Source: Octopus sinensis (taxonomy: Eukaryota). From it: a stretch of 64,000 nucleotides of DNA. The stretch covers positions 114,080,001 through 114,144,000 of the forward strand of contig NC_043003.1 of NCBI RefSeq assembly GCF_006345805.1. Reading direction: 5' to 3'. The notes under the pieces were generated by a model, which was given only the letters and a program-made list of their open reading frames with translations, was not told the origin of the DNA and made no database searches. Below, piece by piece: positions 1 through 12,834 of the stretch. Position 1 is the first letter of the stretch. Each line of letters opens with the position of its first letter. Position numbers and translations under genes: made by a program.

Positions 1-194
1 ATTTACCTCTATCTATACAGGTGCAAATTACCATTTTTTTGTCAAACGTATGTTATTAGTAATTATAAATAAGAACCTCTATACGCGTTATAAATTCATT
101 GAATAAAACTAGTAAATGAATCTAGTAAACCAAATTAACAAAGGAAGAATACTTATCGTTCCTGTACTAATGGCTGCTTCTGTCGTGCGCTCGA

Positions 195-389
195 AATGCG
201 TAGCAGTATTTCGTCTGCCGTTACGTTGTGAGTTCAAATTCCACTGAGGTCGACTTTGCCTTTCATCCTTTCGGGGTCGATTAAATAAGTTCTAGTTACG
301 CACTGGGGTTGATATAATCAACTTAATCCGTTTGTCTGTCCTTGTTTGTCCCCTCTATCTTTAGCCCCTTGTGGGTAGTAAAGAAATAG
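195..389 (+). mobile_element. SINE family A copy, 5'-truncated
   Basis: Matches the other copies in the window (7189, 49006): B-box-like GAGTTCAAATTCC, GTCGACTTTGCCTTTCATCC body, 3' end GCCCCTTGTGGGTAGTAAAGAAATAGG. Confidence 0.85.
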
Positions 390-1211
390 GAATTATGAGG
401 AATATCATAAATAAAATAAACTACTCTAAAAAAGTCTCTAAGACTAATAATATTAGAGAGGTTGAATTCAAGGGGAAATAATAACAAGATACTCTACTAT
501 CCTCCGATAACTGGATTTTTTTTCTAGTGTTTAAGATTTATGTTATATCAATTAGACTTGACTCTTCTAAAATAGATAACTGCTCGACTTCCGGGCAATT
601 TTGGACTGCGCTTTGTGAAGTGTTTTTCTTACAAGAATTTTCACCGTTTTCTTTTTTGTCTGAAATTGGTGTTCTTTAAGATGTTTCAGTTAATGGTAGA
701 AAAAAGTCCCTTGGAAGCCAAACATGGATAGCAGGGATGCTTAGAGAATGAAATTAGGAAGGTTTAGTAACCCTAACCCTAACCCATAAATAGGTGTATT
801 GTCATACGGAATCCGAATTTCATGCCTCAAGTTTCTTCCTTTACAGAAAGTTACGCATCAAGATATCTAACTAAAATTCTATATTTATTATCTCACACAA
901 CATACACTTCCAATAAAACTAGAGAAAGGATGATATCTCCTTCCCTGTTGGGCAAACCTGACGAGATTTCTTTCGTTCCGGTAACGATGATCAGACTTGC
1001 TGCGATATCTGCCTCGTTTTCACATTGTAGACTCACAATTGCATCAATGAAACTTAAGGTCAACTGAAAATCGTTACATTTTTAAAACTTTAAAAGTGAA
1101 TTTATACAAAATTTTGCCATTTTATACTACTGTATTTTCTTTGGGTTTTTATACACCCTGTCTAGGATAGACTCTACTCGACTTTGACAGAGTACAGCGC
1201 GCATACACATA

Positions 1212-1860
1212 TTGGGTTGGGAAATAAGTTCCCGCTGTTCTTCATTAATTTAAATTTTTCAAAAGCTTTAATAAAAAATAACAACTAATTAATCAATAAT
1301 GTATTCACCCTCGTTGTTTGCAACTTCTTCCCAACTTTCAACAAGATTTTCAATCCCTCGTTGGTAGAATTTCGACTAGAAAAATTGACCCAACCAAACT
1401 CTCATTTCTGTATCAGTATTGAACGAAACTCCGCTCATAGCATTGGAAAGAGATCGAAAGAGGTGGAAATCCGTTGGTGCCAAATCAGGAGAGTACGGCG
1501 GGTGTGGCAGCACTTCCCAGCTATGCGTTTGAATGGCTTCCTTGGTCATATTGGCGATATGAAGGCGGGCGATTAGGTCTTTTCTCTTGAATAGGCGTGT
1601 TGAGTCGTTCCATCTATTGAACGGAGAGTTCTGCGTTGACCGTTTGGTTCCGTTTAAGCAATTCGTAATGGATAAGCCCTTCCCAGTTCCACCATACGCA
1701 CAACATCGTTTTACGCGGATGAGGATCCTGTTTCACGCGCGGTGTCGCTTGTTTACCGGGGCTAAGCCATTCCTTACGCTGCTTCATATTGATGTACAGG
1801 CACCATTTTTCGTCGCCAGTAACGATTCGGTAAAGAAATCATTGCTTGTGTCCATGAGCT
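1212..1860 (-). mobile_element. Tc1/mariner (mariner-type) transposon remnant: catalytic-domain pseudogene plus one TIR
   Basis: Manual minus-strand translation gives RIVTGDEKWCLY...HPRKTMLCVWWNWEGLIHYELL...WEVLPHPPYSPDLAPTDFHLFRSLSN...NNEGEYIID*, with the stop at 1289-1291. It contains internal stops and frameshifts. TA at 1210-1211 is followed by a mariner-like TIR, TTGGGTTGGGAAATAAGTT. Confidence 0.92.
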
Positions 1861-2029
1861 ATTAACCCCAAGATTCCGAGTTCGATTCCAAGCAGTGACC
1901 TGAACAATAATAATTGAAATTTCTATAAAAGTCACTCAAAATCCTAATGCTTTGTGCTAAGTCATTTATGACATTCATATTGAAGTGCGCTGGTGTGAAA
2001 CTTTATGCTATTGAGTCACTCATATAGTA

Positions 2030-2069
2030 ATGTCTAATAATAATAATGATAATAATAATAATGATGATG

Positions 2070-2152
<83 letters not shown>

Positions 2153-2156
2153 AATA

Positions 2157-2228
<72 letters not shown>

Positions 2229-2236
2229 TAATAATA
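2030..2236. repeat. Compound (AAT)n/(GAT)n microsatellite
   Basis: Directly visible; it explains the poly-N/D/I/M ORFs. Confidence 0.98.
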
Positions 2237-2380
2237 ACAATGCACATATGGTTGTGATGCATGTGCCTGGTGTACCCTTATCAGACGGGTAGTCATGATG
2301 GGTATATTGGGCTTCGTATATTTTACCCCAGTGTCACTTTGATGGCATGCACTGCTCTCTCACTCAATAATAATAATAAT

Positions 2381-2793
2381 AAGCCAGATATAGTTACCAG
2401 AGATCACGAAGAAAAAAAATGTTTTCTATTTGATGTATCAATACCAGCAGATGACAACGTGTTTCTAAAAGAAATGGAGAAACTTTCAAAATACAAAGAC
2501 CTGGAAATAGAGGTAACTCGAATGTGGAATCTAAAAACAGAAACAGTCCCTATCATAGTCAGCGCATTAGGCATGATAAAAAAATATTCAGACAAATACA
2601 TAACACAAACACCAGGACTTACAAACACATATAACATACAGAAAATTGCACTACTAGGCACTGCACACATCCTACGCAGAACACTTTCAATACAATAACC
2701 ATCAGAGCATCACAACAAATCACAGCACATACCCAAGGCACACAGAGCTACGCTCGATATAGCAAAGAAAGCACGTTATAAAAAGAAAACTAT

Positions 2794-2795
<2 letters not shown>
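2381..2795 (+). mobile_element. Dong/R4-clade LINE 3' fragment (restriction-like endonuclease domain + 3' UTR)
   Basis: ORF 2261-2698 contains KPDIV...FLFDVSIPAD...EMEKLSKYKDLEIE, a PD-(D/E)xK RLE motif. The 3' UTR runs into (AAT)n. Confidence 0.9.
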
Positions 2796-2844
<49 letters not shown>

Positions 2845-2869
2845 TTAACAATAATAATACCAATAATAC

Positions 2870-2906
<37 letters not shown>

Positions 2907-2907
<1 letters not shown>

Positions 2908-3618
2908 CCAGAAATTACCAAAAACATGTAATGAAAAGAAATATTACAAGTAACTGCAGGATATGTGGAGATGGGCAAGAAACAATAAATCATATTATCT
3001 CTAGCTGCCCAGTCCTGGCTAAGAAGGAATATATTCACAGACATGACAGAGTTGGAACCTACATACATTGGAAGCTATGCCAACATTATGGAATAACAAC
3101 AGAAAAAAGATGGTATAGGCACACACCAGAAAAGGTCACAGAAAACGAGAAAGCAACCATACTCTGGGATATGCCGATACACACAGATAGAGAAATTAAG
3201 GCCAACAGACCAGATATAGTTGTCAGAGATCATGAAGAAAAAAATGCTTTCTAATTGATGTATCAATACCGGCAGATGACAACGTGTCTCTAAAAGAAAT
3301 GGAGAAACTCTCAAAATACAAAGACCTGGAAATAGAGGTAACTAGAATGTGGAACCTGAAAACAGAAACAATTCCTATCATAGTAGGTGCATTAGGCATG
3401 ATAAAAAAAATACTCAGACAAATACATAACAAAAACACCAGGACTTACAAACACATATAACATACAGAAAATTGCACTACTAGGCACTGCACACATCCTA
3501 CGCAGAACACTTTCCATACAATAACCATCAGAGCATCACAACAAATCACAGCACATACCCAAGGCACACAGAGCTGCGTTCGGTAGTGAAGTGAAAGCAC
3601 GCTATAAAAATAAAACTA

Positions 3619-3621
<3 letters not shown>
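2907..3621 (+). mobile_element. Dong/R4-clade LINE 3' fragment (CCHC knuckle + RLE + 3' UTR), frameshifted at the A-run near 3240
   Basis: CRICGDGQETINHIISSC zinc knuckle, HRHDRVG, RPDIVVRD. Near-identical to 2381-2795 and flanked by (AAT)n. Confidence 0.92.
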
Positions 3622-3672
<51 letters not shown>

Positions 3673-3908
3673 TATATGTATGTGTGTGTGTGTGTGTATT
3701 TATATATATATATATATAAGCGCAACTTTATATATGTACGCATATATACACACATACACATATGACACATACATACGCACACACTTTTTATGATTTAATA
3801 AAACAACCAAAGGTTTTATGTGAGAATATCATCTGAGTATGTGATAATGTATGCTCACGCCTAAATGTATGTGTACGTCTGTATGTGTACATATGTATGT
3901 GTGTGTAT

Positions 3909-4014
<106 letters not shown>

Positions 4015-4975
4015 TCTACCATGTAGGTGTGAGTGCTAACCCAAGATACTGACATAATTCTTCATTTGTCTTCGAGATGGACAACGATTGGCAGAGAATC
4101 GGTTTATTTTATAAATATATATTTACTTCTTGCTAAACAAACAATACAACAGCATGTTGCTTTATCAGCACCCCCATCCCGTTCCACTTTCTCTCTCTTT
4201 GTCTCTCTCTCTCTCTCTCTCTATCTCTCTCCCCATATCTTTGTTTATTCTTCCAACATTTCTATTTTCGTTTCCTTATTCTGAGACTGAGATCGAGACA
4301 CAAGACAAAGATGTCACTCTCCAAGAATTTTCACAACGATGAAGAGAGTGGCGTTTATAAAAATAAATAAAAGTGCATGCTCACGTGTGTGTGTGTGTGT
4401 GTATCTGTGTGTATACAAACACAATATGTGTAAATATGCATATACGTATACACATACACACACACATATATTCACACATACATACCTGTATACATGTGTG
4501 TGTATGCGCGCGTGTATGTATATATATATATACACACACACTGTTACACGACACTCAAATATAGGGATCCTTCTCAAAAATATACCAATAACAACCTCAC
4601 CCCAACCCCCACAAAAATAAGTAAAACAACAGCAGCGACACCAATCACGAAGGGCAACGATGACTACAGAATTTCGTTGTTCAACCCTAAGATAACAAAC
4701 CCACTTTTTACTGTTGAAAATTGCAAAATAAACCCTTCCTTGCCTTCCTCTTCCCTGCCTGTCCTTACTTTTACCCCTCCCATCAACACCACTACTACTA
4801 CTGCTAATAATAATAATAATTTTTCTATTGGCCCCACTGGCCCCCAAAAAGAAAAATACAAAGAAAGTTTAAAGAAGGGGATTTTAAAAAGCGTATACAA
4901 AGACGCGGGTGTGGAGTGGAAGCCATTATACGGCATATATGAGACATTAAATGTGATACGAAAGAAGATATTCTC

Positions 4976-5182
4976 TCTTACTCTTTACTCTTTTACTTGT
5001 TTCAGTCATTTGACTGCGGCCATGCTGGAGCACCGCCTTTAATCGAGCAACTCGACCCCGAGACTTATTCTTTTTCTAAGCCCAGTACTTATTCTATCGG
5101 TCTCTTTTGCCGAACCGCTAAGTAAAGGGGACATAAACACACGAGCATCGGTTGTCAAGCGATGGTGGAGGGACAAACACAG

Positions 5183-5265
<83 letters not shown>

Positions 5266-5415
5266 TACGACAGGCTTCTTTCAGTTTCCGTCTACTAAAT
5301 TCACTCACAAGGCATTGGTCGGCCCGGGGCTATAGCAGAAGACACTTGCCCAAGATGCCACGCAGTGGGACTGAACCCGGAACCATGTGGTTGGTAATCA
5401 AGCTACTTACCACAC
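4976..5415 (-). mobile_element. SINE family B (tRNA-like head, CORE-like CCTTGGGCAAGT box, internal microsatellite)
   Basis: Reverse complement of the copy at 5422-5830; tail (TAAAAGAG)n at about 4980; internal (CA)/(TA) tract. Confidence 0.85.
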
Positions 5416-5421
5416 ATATAT

Positions 5422-5830
5422 GCGTAGGAGTGGCTGTGTGGTAAGTAGCTTGCTTACCAACCACATGGTTCCGGGTTCAGTCTCACTGCGTGGCACCTTG
5501 GGCAAGTGTCTTCTACTATAGCCTCGGGCCGACCAAAGTCTTGTGAGTGGATTTGATAGATGGAAACTGAAAGAAACCCGGTGTATATATGTATATGTAT
5601 GTATGTATGTGTGTGTGTATGTTTGTGTGTATGTGTTTGTCCCCGCAACATCGCTTGACAACCGATGCTGTTGTGTTTACGTCCCCGTCACTTAGCGGCT
5701 CGGAAAAAGAGACCGATAGAATAAGTACTAGGCTTACAAAGAATATGTCCTGGGGTCGATTTGCTCGACTAAAGGTTGTGCTCAAGCATGGCCACAATCA
5801 AATGACTGAAACATGTAAAAAAAAAAAAAG
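5422..5830 (+). mobile_element. SINE family B copy, head-to-head with the previous copy
   Basis: GGCTGTGTGGTAAG head, GGCACCTTGGGCAAGTGTC, internal (TATG/TG)n, 3' ...CAAATGACTGAAAC. Confidence 0.85.
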
Positions 5831-7188
5831 AATATATGTGTGTGTTTGTGTGTGTGTGTGTGTGTGCGTGTGTATGTGCGTGTGTGTGTATCTCTGCACT
5901 AATAGACATATATAGTTTCTTTTCACTGTTACATCACAGCTTTCGTTGTAAAGATAATCGCGAAAATCGAAAGTCGCTGATTCCCACTAAAAATACGAAA
6001 TGTTGTTTCCTAGCAAGAACTTTCCTATGGAAGGTGACTCCGCTACAGACTGGTCTGCGATTGTTACAACAAAGTAAGAAAGAGGAACAGGATATTTTGT
6101 CGTCTTTCCCTCCAGTTCCGATTCTGTGAGACATCGCTCTGTGTCTCTGAATAATTACTGAGACAGTGTTACACTTTAGTATCGTTCACGCTGTTATTTC
6201 TCCTCACACTAATTCCTGCGATGTAGATGAGCGCATGATACCAATCTTTATTGTTCTCTACCATCCGCGCACATGCGTTGTCCATATGGAACCGAAACTT
6301 ATGTCTTAATAAATCTGCTTCCTGCAGACTTTGACTTCTTCCTCATTGTCAGAAAATATCTCTAGCTTTGTTCAGTTGCTGATCTACGGAACTGAAGAAT
6401 GACATACATTTGGGTACTGCTTCCACATTTAGGATGATATCACTGCTGCCTTCCACCCCACACATACACATAATTACCCACACATATATCTCAGGTCGAG
6501 TCAAAAAATATGTCTACTCGGTTAATTAACAAAGATTTCCCCTTCCTCTTCAATTAAAAATTCTCACATGTGTTTCTTCTACTTTTTGTTTCTTCTGCCG
6601 CTCCTAAAACAATATTTACGTCTTCCATCTTGCAAGCTGCGAAACACTTCTGCTTAAAATGAACCGAAACACCCTTCTTTCTTCTTCTTTTTCCTCCTAT
6701 GTCACACCCGCCCATATTTCACAGTGTATACTTAATCTAAATAATCAGTCTCTGATGCATCACTCACATCCCACAGTAACCATGTCCTACGCATACATTT
6801 CATAGTGAAGATTTCATTCACGCAATCATTTTATTACGTCTCACCTGCACATACTTCACAGTAAATATTTCATTCACGCAGCCACTCCACACAGTGAATC
6901 GACTATACTTCACCAAAACCTATTTTGGCAATTAACATTTCAATCGCCCACTTTTCACTCATTTACATTTCCCGGTAAACACAATATTAACAAAGTAATT
7001 CTTTTCCTATTCATCCCTTACTCTAACCTATTCCCGATCGTTCCTCGTCAGATCTAACATCTTCCTTAATACCCTCCTTCCTTCTCTTCTCTACACATAT
7101 CCACCAACATCATTTCCAAGTACATATCAAATACCCCAGTCTCACTAATGGAGAGACGATGGCTAAAAGTATCATGGTTGTTGTCTAA

Positions 7189-7421
7189 GGCGGCTAGCTG
7201 GCAGAATCGTTAGCACGCCGGGCGAAATGCGTAGCCGTATTTCGTCTGCCGTTACGTTCTGAGTTCAAATTCCGCCGAGGTCGACTTTGCCTTTCATCCT
7301 TTCGGCGTCGATTAAATAAGTACCAGTTACGCACTGGGATCGATATAATCGACTTAATCCCTTTGCCTGTCCTTGTTTGTCCCTTCTGTGTTTAGCCCCT
7401 TGTGGGTAGTAAAGAAATAGG
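7189..7421 (+). mobile_element. SINE family A, full length
   Basis: Starts GGCGGCTAGCTGGCAGAA and ends AAAGAAATAGG; flanking direct repeat GGTTGTTGTC at 7176-7185 and 7420-7429. Confidence 0.9.
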
Positions 7422-7638
7422 TTGTTGTCCCTAAATACAAGCACAAACCCACTGACCATCGTCCAACAAAACAATGAAAATAATACAAACATGAATATCT
7501 AACTGACCAGGATAATTTCTTTAACTTTTTCCCCCTGAAATTAGTGTTTATGAGCTTTATTGATATCTTGAAAATAATTCATTCACAATAGATGTACAAA
7601 TACACGTAAGAAGTACATACAAACATACATATATACAT

Positions 7639-10600
7639 GATGACCGTCCACTAGTGATCGAGAAAGACCATTGCTGACCTTCAGGAACATTGTGCGCTCT
7701 AGGACTAACTTATATTTTGGATTTGCGGCTCCGTTGGTGGCTAATGAGCCCTGCTCTTGACAAGCATACACGACTGCAAACATTGCAGACCAAGTTTTTC
7801 CCCATTCACTACACCAGCAGTTGTGCTTTCGAGCAGCATGCTTAAGTTCTTCATGCTGAATACATGCTCTCTCAAAAGTGTTGACCCCACCTCCTTAACC
7901 TGCTTCCTCCATCTGTGGCGATGACAGGCATTGTTCTCCCTGTCAGTCTCCGGTACATCACAGGCCTTTAATGAGGACTTGACACAGTTCTTAAATCGCA
8001 GCCTTGGTGTCTGCCGGAGTCTCTTTCTATTCACAAGTTCCCCATATAGCATCTGCTTAAGAATTCTGCTATCCTTCATTCTAATAAGGTGTCCAATCCA
8101 ACGTAACCGGTGCTTGTGCACCATTTCCTCAATACTCAAGATATCAGCTGAACTCAGGACCTGTGTGTCCGGAGTTTTTAAGGTCCAGTCAACAATCAGA
8201 ATGTATCTGAGATATCTCTGATGAAAGCGCTCAAGGACCCTACATGACGTTTGTAAAAGGTCCATGTCTCACATGAGTAAAGGAGCGATGTCAGTACACA
8301 TGCACAGTACACAGCAATTTTTGTTTGCTTTGTGATGCCATACCAAACACGAGACTGATGAGACCGGAAGGAATTAGTTGCTCTCTGCAGCCTGAAAGAT
8401 ATTTCCTCATCCAGGGAGCAAGAACGACTGAGTGTGCTGCTTAGGTAGACAAACATATCTACCAATTTCAGAATTGCTCCTTCAACCAAAATAGCTGGTT
8501 CTACTTATGGATTTCCTGGTTCAGGCTGGAACATTACAACAGTCTTGTCCAGGTTAATGCCGAGTCCAAACTGCCTTGCAAGAAGCAGAAATACGATTCA
8601 TAAGTATTTGCTTGTCATCCACTATATGAGTGACTAAGTCACAGTCATCTGCATAAAGGAGGTCACGAAAACTTTTGAATTGGCAGAAAATCAGTGCAGA
8701 TTAAAGAGGCAGCCAGAAGATCAATATCTGATATATATTCCCAGAGAGCTAACCTTAGCAAAAGCATGAGTAAAAGCAGCAGCAAAGTACAAAGGAAAGA
8801 GAATTTGGGCAAGGATGTCACCCTGCTTGACACCATTATCTACAGGAATGGGTCCCGCCATGCCACCACCAACACTGACCCAAGCGTCCATCCCATCATG
8901 AAATGATTTAATTATAGATACAAAGTGATCCCGACATCCACGTTTGGCAGGTATTTTCCATAGAAAGACCCTATTTACTGAATGAATAGCCTTCGTTAAA
9001 TCAATGAAAAGCTGGACAAGATCCATATTCTGCTCATAGCACTTCTCCTGCACATGCCTTGCTGTGAAAATCATATCCATTGTCCCTCTACCAGATCGGA
9101 AGCCACATTGAGATTCAAATAGGACATCATTTACGAGACACCCATTCAGACGGGTAAGAAGAATATTTGCCAGAACCTTGCCAGCAGCTGATAGTAGAGC
9201 AATACCTTCGTAGTTACCACACATTGTTCAGGTTCCATTTCCTTTAAAGAGAGGAAGAATAATTGCATCTGTCCAGTCCTTAGGCATTGCACCATCCCTC
9301 CAGGCTATACTAACAAGTTCATAAAGGGACTGTATGATGTAATCACCACCAAATCGCAAGACCTCAGCACGAATTCCATCCTTTCCAGGTGCTCTACCAA
9401 GATTCAATTTACTTATTGATGTCATTACTTCATCTATTGAGGGCGAGGAGTCTAAGGAGCCAATGATAGATCTTTGTTTCATAGTATCAATCACTGTTTC
9501 ATCCACGACTGACTCGTAGTTTAGGAGTTCAGACAAGCGTGCGATCCAGCGACCTGTGGTTTCTGTTGATTTAGTAAACAGAGTGGAAGACTCCTTGGAA
9601 AGCAAAAGGGCTAATGTGGAGCCCATAAACTTGCTTCATAGGATGGTAAAGCTTCTTGCTGTCATTTGCATCAGCAGCAGCCTGAACATCACAAGCAAGA
9701 TCCTCCCACCAAGTGTTCTGCATCTTCCTGAGAGATCGCTGCAGCAGTGATTTTACGCTGCTATAGTGGACAAGTGCTAGATTTCACTGCACAGCGGAAA
9801 GTCTTCTGTACAGCAATACATTGTGGGCATGGTGCTTTACAGTCAATAGTCGCTGAACTTCAGCATCATTTTCATCAAACCAGTCTCTGTGTCTGGCAGA
9901 AGCATATCCCAGTGTTTCAGCAGCTCATTTAAGAACCTGATCTCGAAAATCTTCCTATGCTGCAGTATTTTCAATGCTGTTCAAGCGAGTCTGAAGCTCT
10001 TTCCTCACCACAGCATCATATATCTTCTGGACATTCAGACGCCGAGGAATTCCAAATGGCCGTCTTCTCTTTTTCACTCTAATCATCATCTGGAACTTTG
10101 CTCGCAACAGATTGTGGTCTGTCCAGCATTCTGACCCATGAAAGGATTTGACATTACAGATGTCATAGACGTCGCTCTTGCGGATGATGACATAATCCAG
10201 CAAGTGCCAAACTTTAGACCTTGGATACATCCACGTTGTTGTATGATTACCTTTGTGCATAAAATGAGTGTTTGTGATGGAAAGTCCATGTTCATCGCAA
10301 AGCTCCAGCAGCATGAAACCATTGCCATTCATTTTCCCTATTCCAAAACGTCCTAGAGAGTTCCATATCTGCCAGTCTGTTCCAACCCTGGCATTAAAAA
10401 CCCCACTAGAATGACTTTATCAGAAATGGGGATTTTTCTAAGTATGGCTCTGAGCTGGGTATAACAGATAGTTTTATCTTCATTACAGCTAGTCAAAGTA
10501 GGTGCATAGGCACTTATTAGAGAAGTAAACTGCTTACCTTTCAAATGCAATCGTAAGATCATTAGATGTTCATTTATAGGAACAGGAAGCTCCTCCAACT

Positions 10601-10968
10601 TCTTCAGGATATCAGATCGAACTGCAAAGCCAACACCAGCCTCTCTGGGCCCCCCCCCCCCCTTTTGCTTTCCCTTCCCCAAACAGGTGTATCCACCTCC
10701 TACTTCCTCAATCTAATCATCACCTTCTATTCGAGTCTCTGAGAGTGCAGCTATATCAATGTTATAACGGTTCAGCTCACTAGCAACAAGTGCAGTGCGT
10801 CTTTCAGGCCTACAATCACTTTTGTTATCTAACAGAGTGCGCACATTCCAACATGTAATGTTTAAGTTCCATCCAGCTTTTGCAAATAAAAGACTCTTTG
10901 TTTTTTCGAGCGCAGGGTGGACATCCGTCAGTCGCACTAAACTGACCAGATATAGAAAGACAGGCATT
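7639..10968 (-). mobile_element. RTE-clade LINE, near full length, decayed (APE + RT)
   Basis: APE motifs TCWNVRTL, DIAALSETR, SAYAPT, WHLLDY, WTDH. RT motifs QCGFRSGRGTMDMIF, FIDLTKA, GVKQGD and YADD at 8644-8655. Several frameshifts. 16-bp TSD ACATACATATATACAT at 7623-7638 and 10969-10984. Confidence 0.95.
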
Positions 10969-11450
10969 ACATACATATATACATACATACATACACCCAT
11001 ACATACATACACGCATACATACATACATGCATGCATACATAGATACATGTATACATACATGCATGCATACATGCATACTTACATAATACATATATACACA
11101 CATACATAATGCTTACATGCATACATGCATACATGCATACATACATACATACACACATGCATGCATACATACATACATGCATGCATACATACATACATAC
11201 ATACATACATACATGCATGCATGCATGCATACATAAACACATACATACCTGCATACATACATACACACGCACATACATACATACGTACATACACATACAT
11301 ACATAAATACATTCATACATACATACAGACATACATACATACATGCATACATACATGCATACATACATACACATACATACATACATGCATACATACATAC
11401 ACACATACATACGTACACACACATACGTACATACATACATACATACATAG
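10969..11450. repeat. (TACA/CATG)n tetranucleotide microsatellite
   Basis: Directly visible. Confidence 0.97.
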
Positions 11451-12408
11451 AGAAAAGGATTAAATTCAATAAAACCCAAAACAACAAATACTACTGACCT
11501 ATCCTTGACTTATTTTCCTCCTTTTTGCAAACCTTAAAAATAACCCCATGACATGAAGGGAATACAGCTAAACACAAACACTTGCTTAGAAAACATTCCA
11601 AACAATAACCCTAACCCCGAATTTAATCGATAAGATTTTTTCAAAAGTACCTCACAACAACAAGCCACCCTACAACCTAATAAATATTGCACTCAAAACC
11701 CACCATCCCACAGATTTTCACTCAACAGAAACTATAAAAAGCCAAGAATAAATTCAATGCACAGCAGCCCGACGATGGCCTAGTCAAAACTTCGAAGTCA
11801 CTGGCATATTTTTGTTTAAGAATTATATATATATATTTAAAATGAGGGTGAGAAATTAGATATTAATTTAATTAACATCGATTTCACACCAGTGGTCTAG
11901 CATATAAAAATACTGAAGGTTCAGTAAAATTGTATTATATACATATTAGACGGTCACACCGATGATCTACGGACATTTACGTGAGTAAATTACGTAATAT
12001 GTTTATAGTTGGTATGTGAAAGCACGTGGTTAAATATATAGAAAATAGTAAAATATATTTTTTTAACCTTTTAAAACAAGCCTTCTGTAGTTTTTTCACT
12101 TTTTACTATTTTCTATATATATATATATTTGCAGGGTGACCAGAAAATTTTGATGTGCTGAAATTGACGGAAATGTGGCATTAATGCATCGGATTGGTGT
12201 GCATCTCGCAAACAGCACCAACGTTTTAGAATTTGCTTTACTAATGGAGGAGACCATGTTGGAAATGTTTTTATTTAAGTCGACGAAGAGAATTATTGAA
12301 AATAGATATTTTCGTTTATGTATCCAGACTTTACGCTTTCTCATTCCCTCTGTTTATATATATGTTTATGCATACATATGCACGCACGCATACGTATATA
12401 CATAATCT

Positions 12409-12600
12409 TTTGTACTCTTGACACAAGGCCCGAAACTTTTCGGCAGAGGAACAGTTGATTTCATCGACCCCAATACGCAATGGTACTTAGTTTATTGACT
12501 CCGAATGGATGAAAAGCAAAGTCGACCTCGGCGGAATTTGAACTCAGAACGTAAAGACAGACGAAATACTGTTAAGCATTTCGCCCGGCGTGCTATCGTT
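12409..12600 (-). mobile_element. SINE family A-related subfamily, diverged 3' end
   Basis: Shares AAAGTCGACCTCGGCGGAATTTGAACTCAGAACGTAA with family A; different tail (GACACAAGGCC). Confidence 0.75.
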
Positions 12601-12603
12601 TCT

Positions 12604-12834
12604 TATTTCTTTATTGCCCACAAGGAGCTAAACATAGACGGGACAAACAAGGACAGACAAAAGGATTAAGTCGATTACATCGACCTCAGTGCGTAACTGG
12701 TACTTAATTTATCGACCCCGAAAGGATGAAAGGCAAAGTCGACCTCGGCGAAATTTGAACTCAGAACGTAACAGCAGACGAAATACTGCTAAGCATTTCG
12801 CCCGGCGTGCTAACGATTCTGCCAGCTCGCCGCC
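12604..12834 (-). mobile_element. SINE family A, full length
   Basis: Reverse complement of 7189-7421. Confidence 0.9.

Noticed and set aside
768-787. Telomere
   Set aside because: Only about three TAACCC units, internal to an interspersed repeat.
2003-2296. Poly-I/L/N/H ORFs, and all similar MYVC, HTYI, SLSL, ERER and IYIY ORFs across the window
   Set aside because: They are stop-free translations of microsatellites, with no coding evidence.
8350-8410. CTGATGA within the RTE, antisense
   Set aside because: No properly placed stem II, GAAA and stem III follow; a chance match in coding sequence.
10880-10968. Possible HDV-like ribozyme in the RTE 5' end
   Set aside because: I could not build a nested double pseudoknot, and the 5' UTR is very short.
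12135-12345. ORFs 12175-12405 (+) and 12096-12344 (-)
   Set aside because: All frames after the candidate acceptor close quickly, and there is no recognisable motif.
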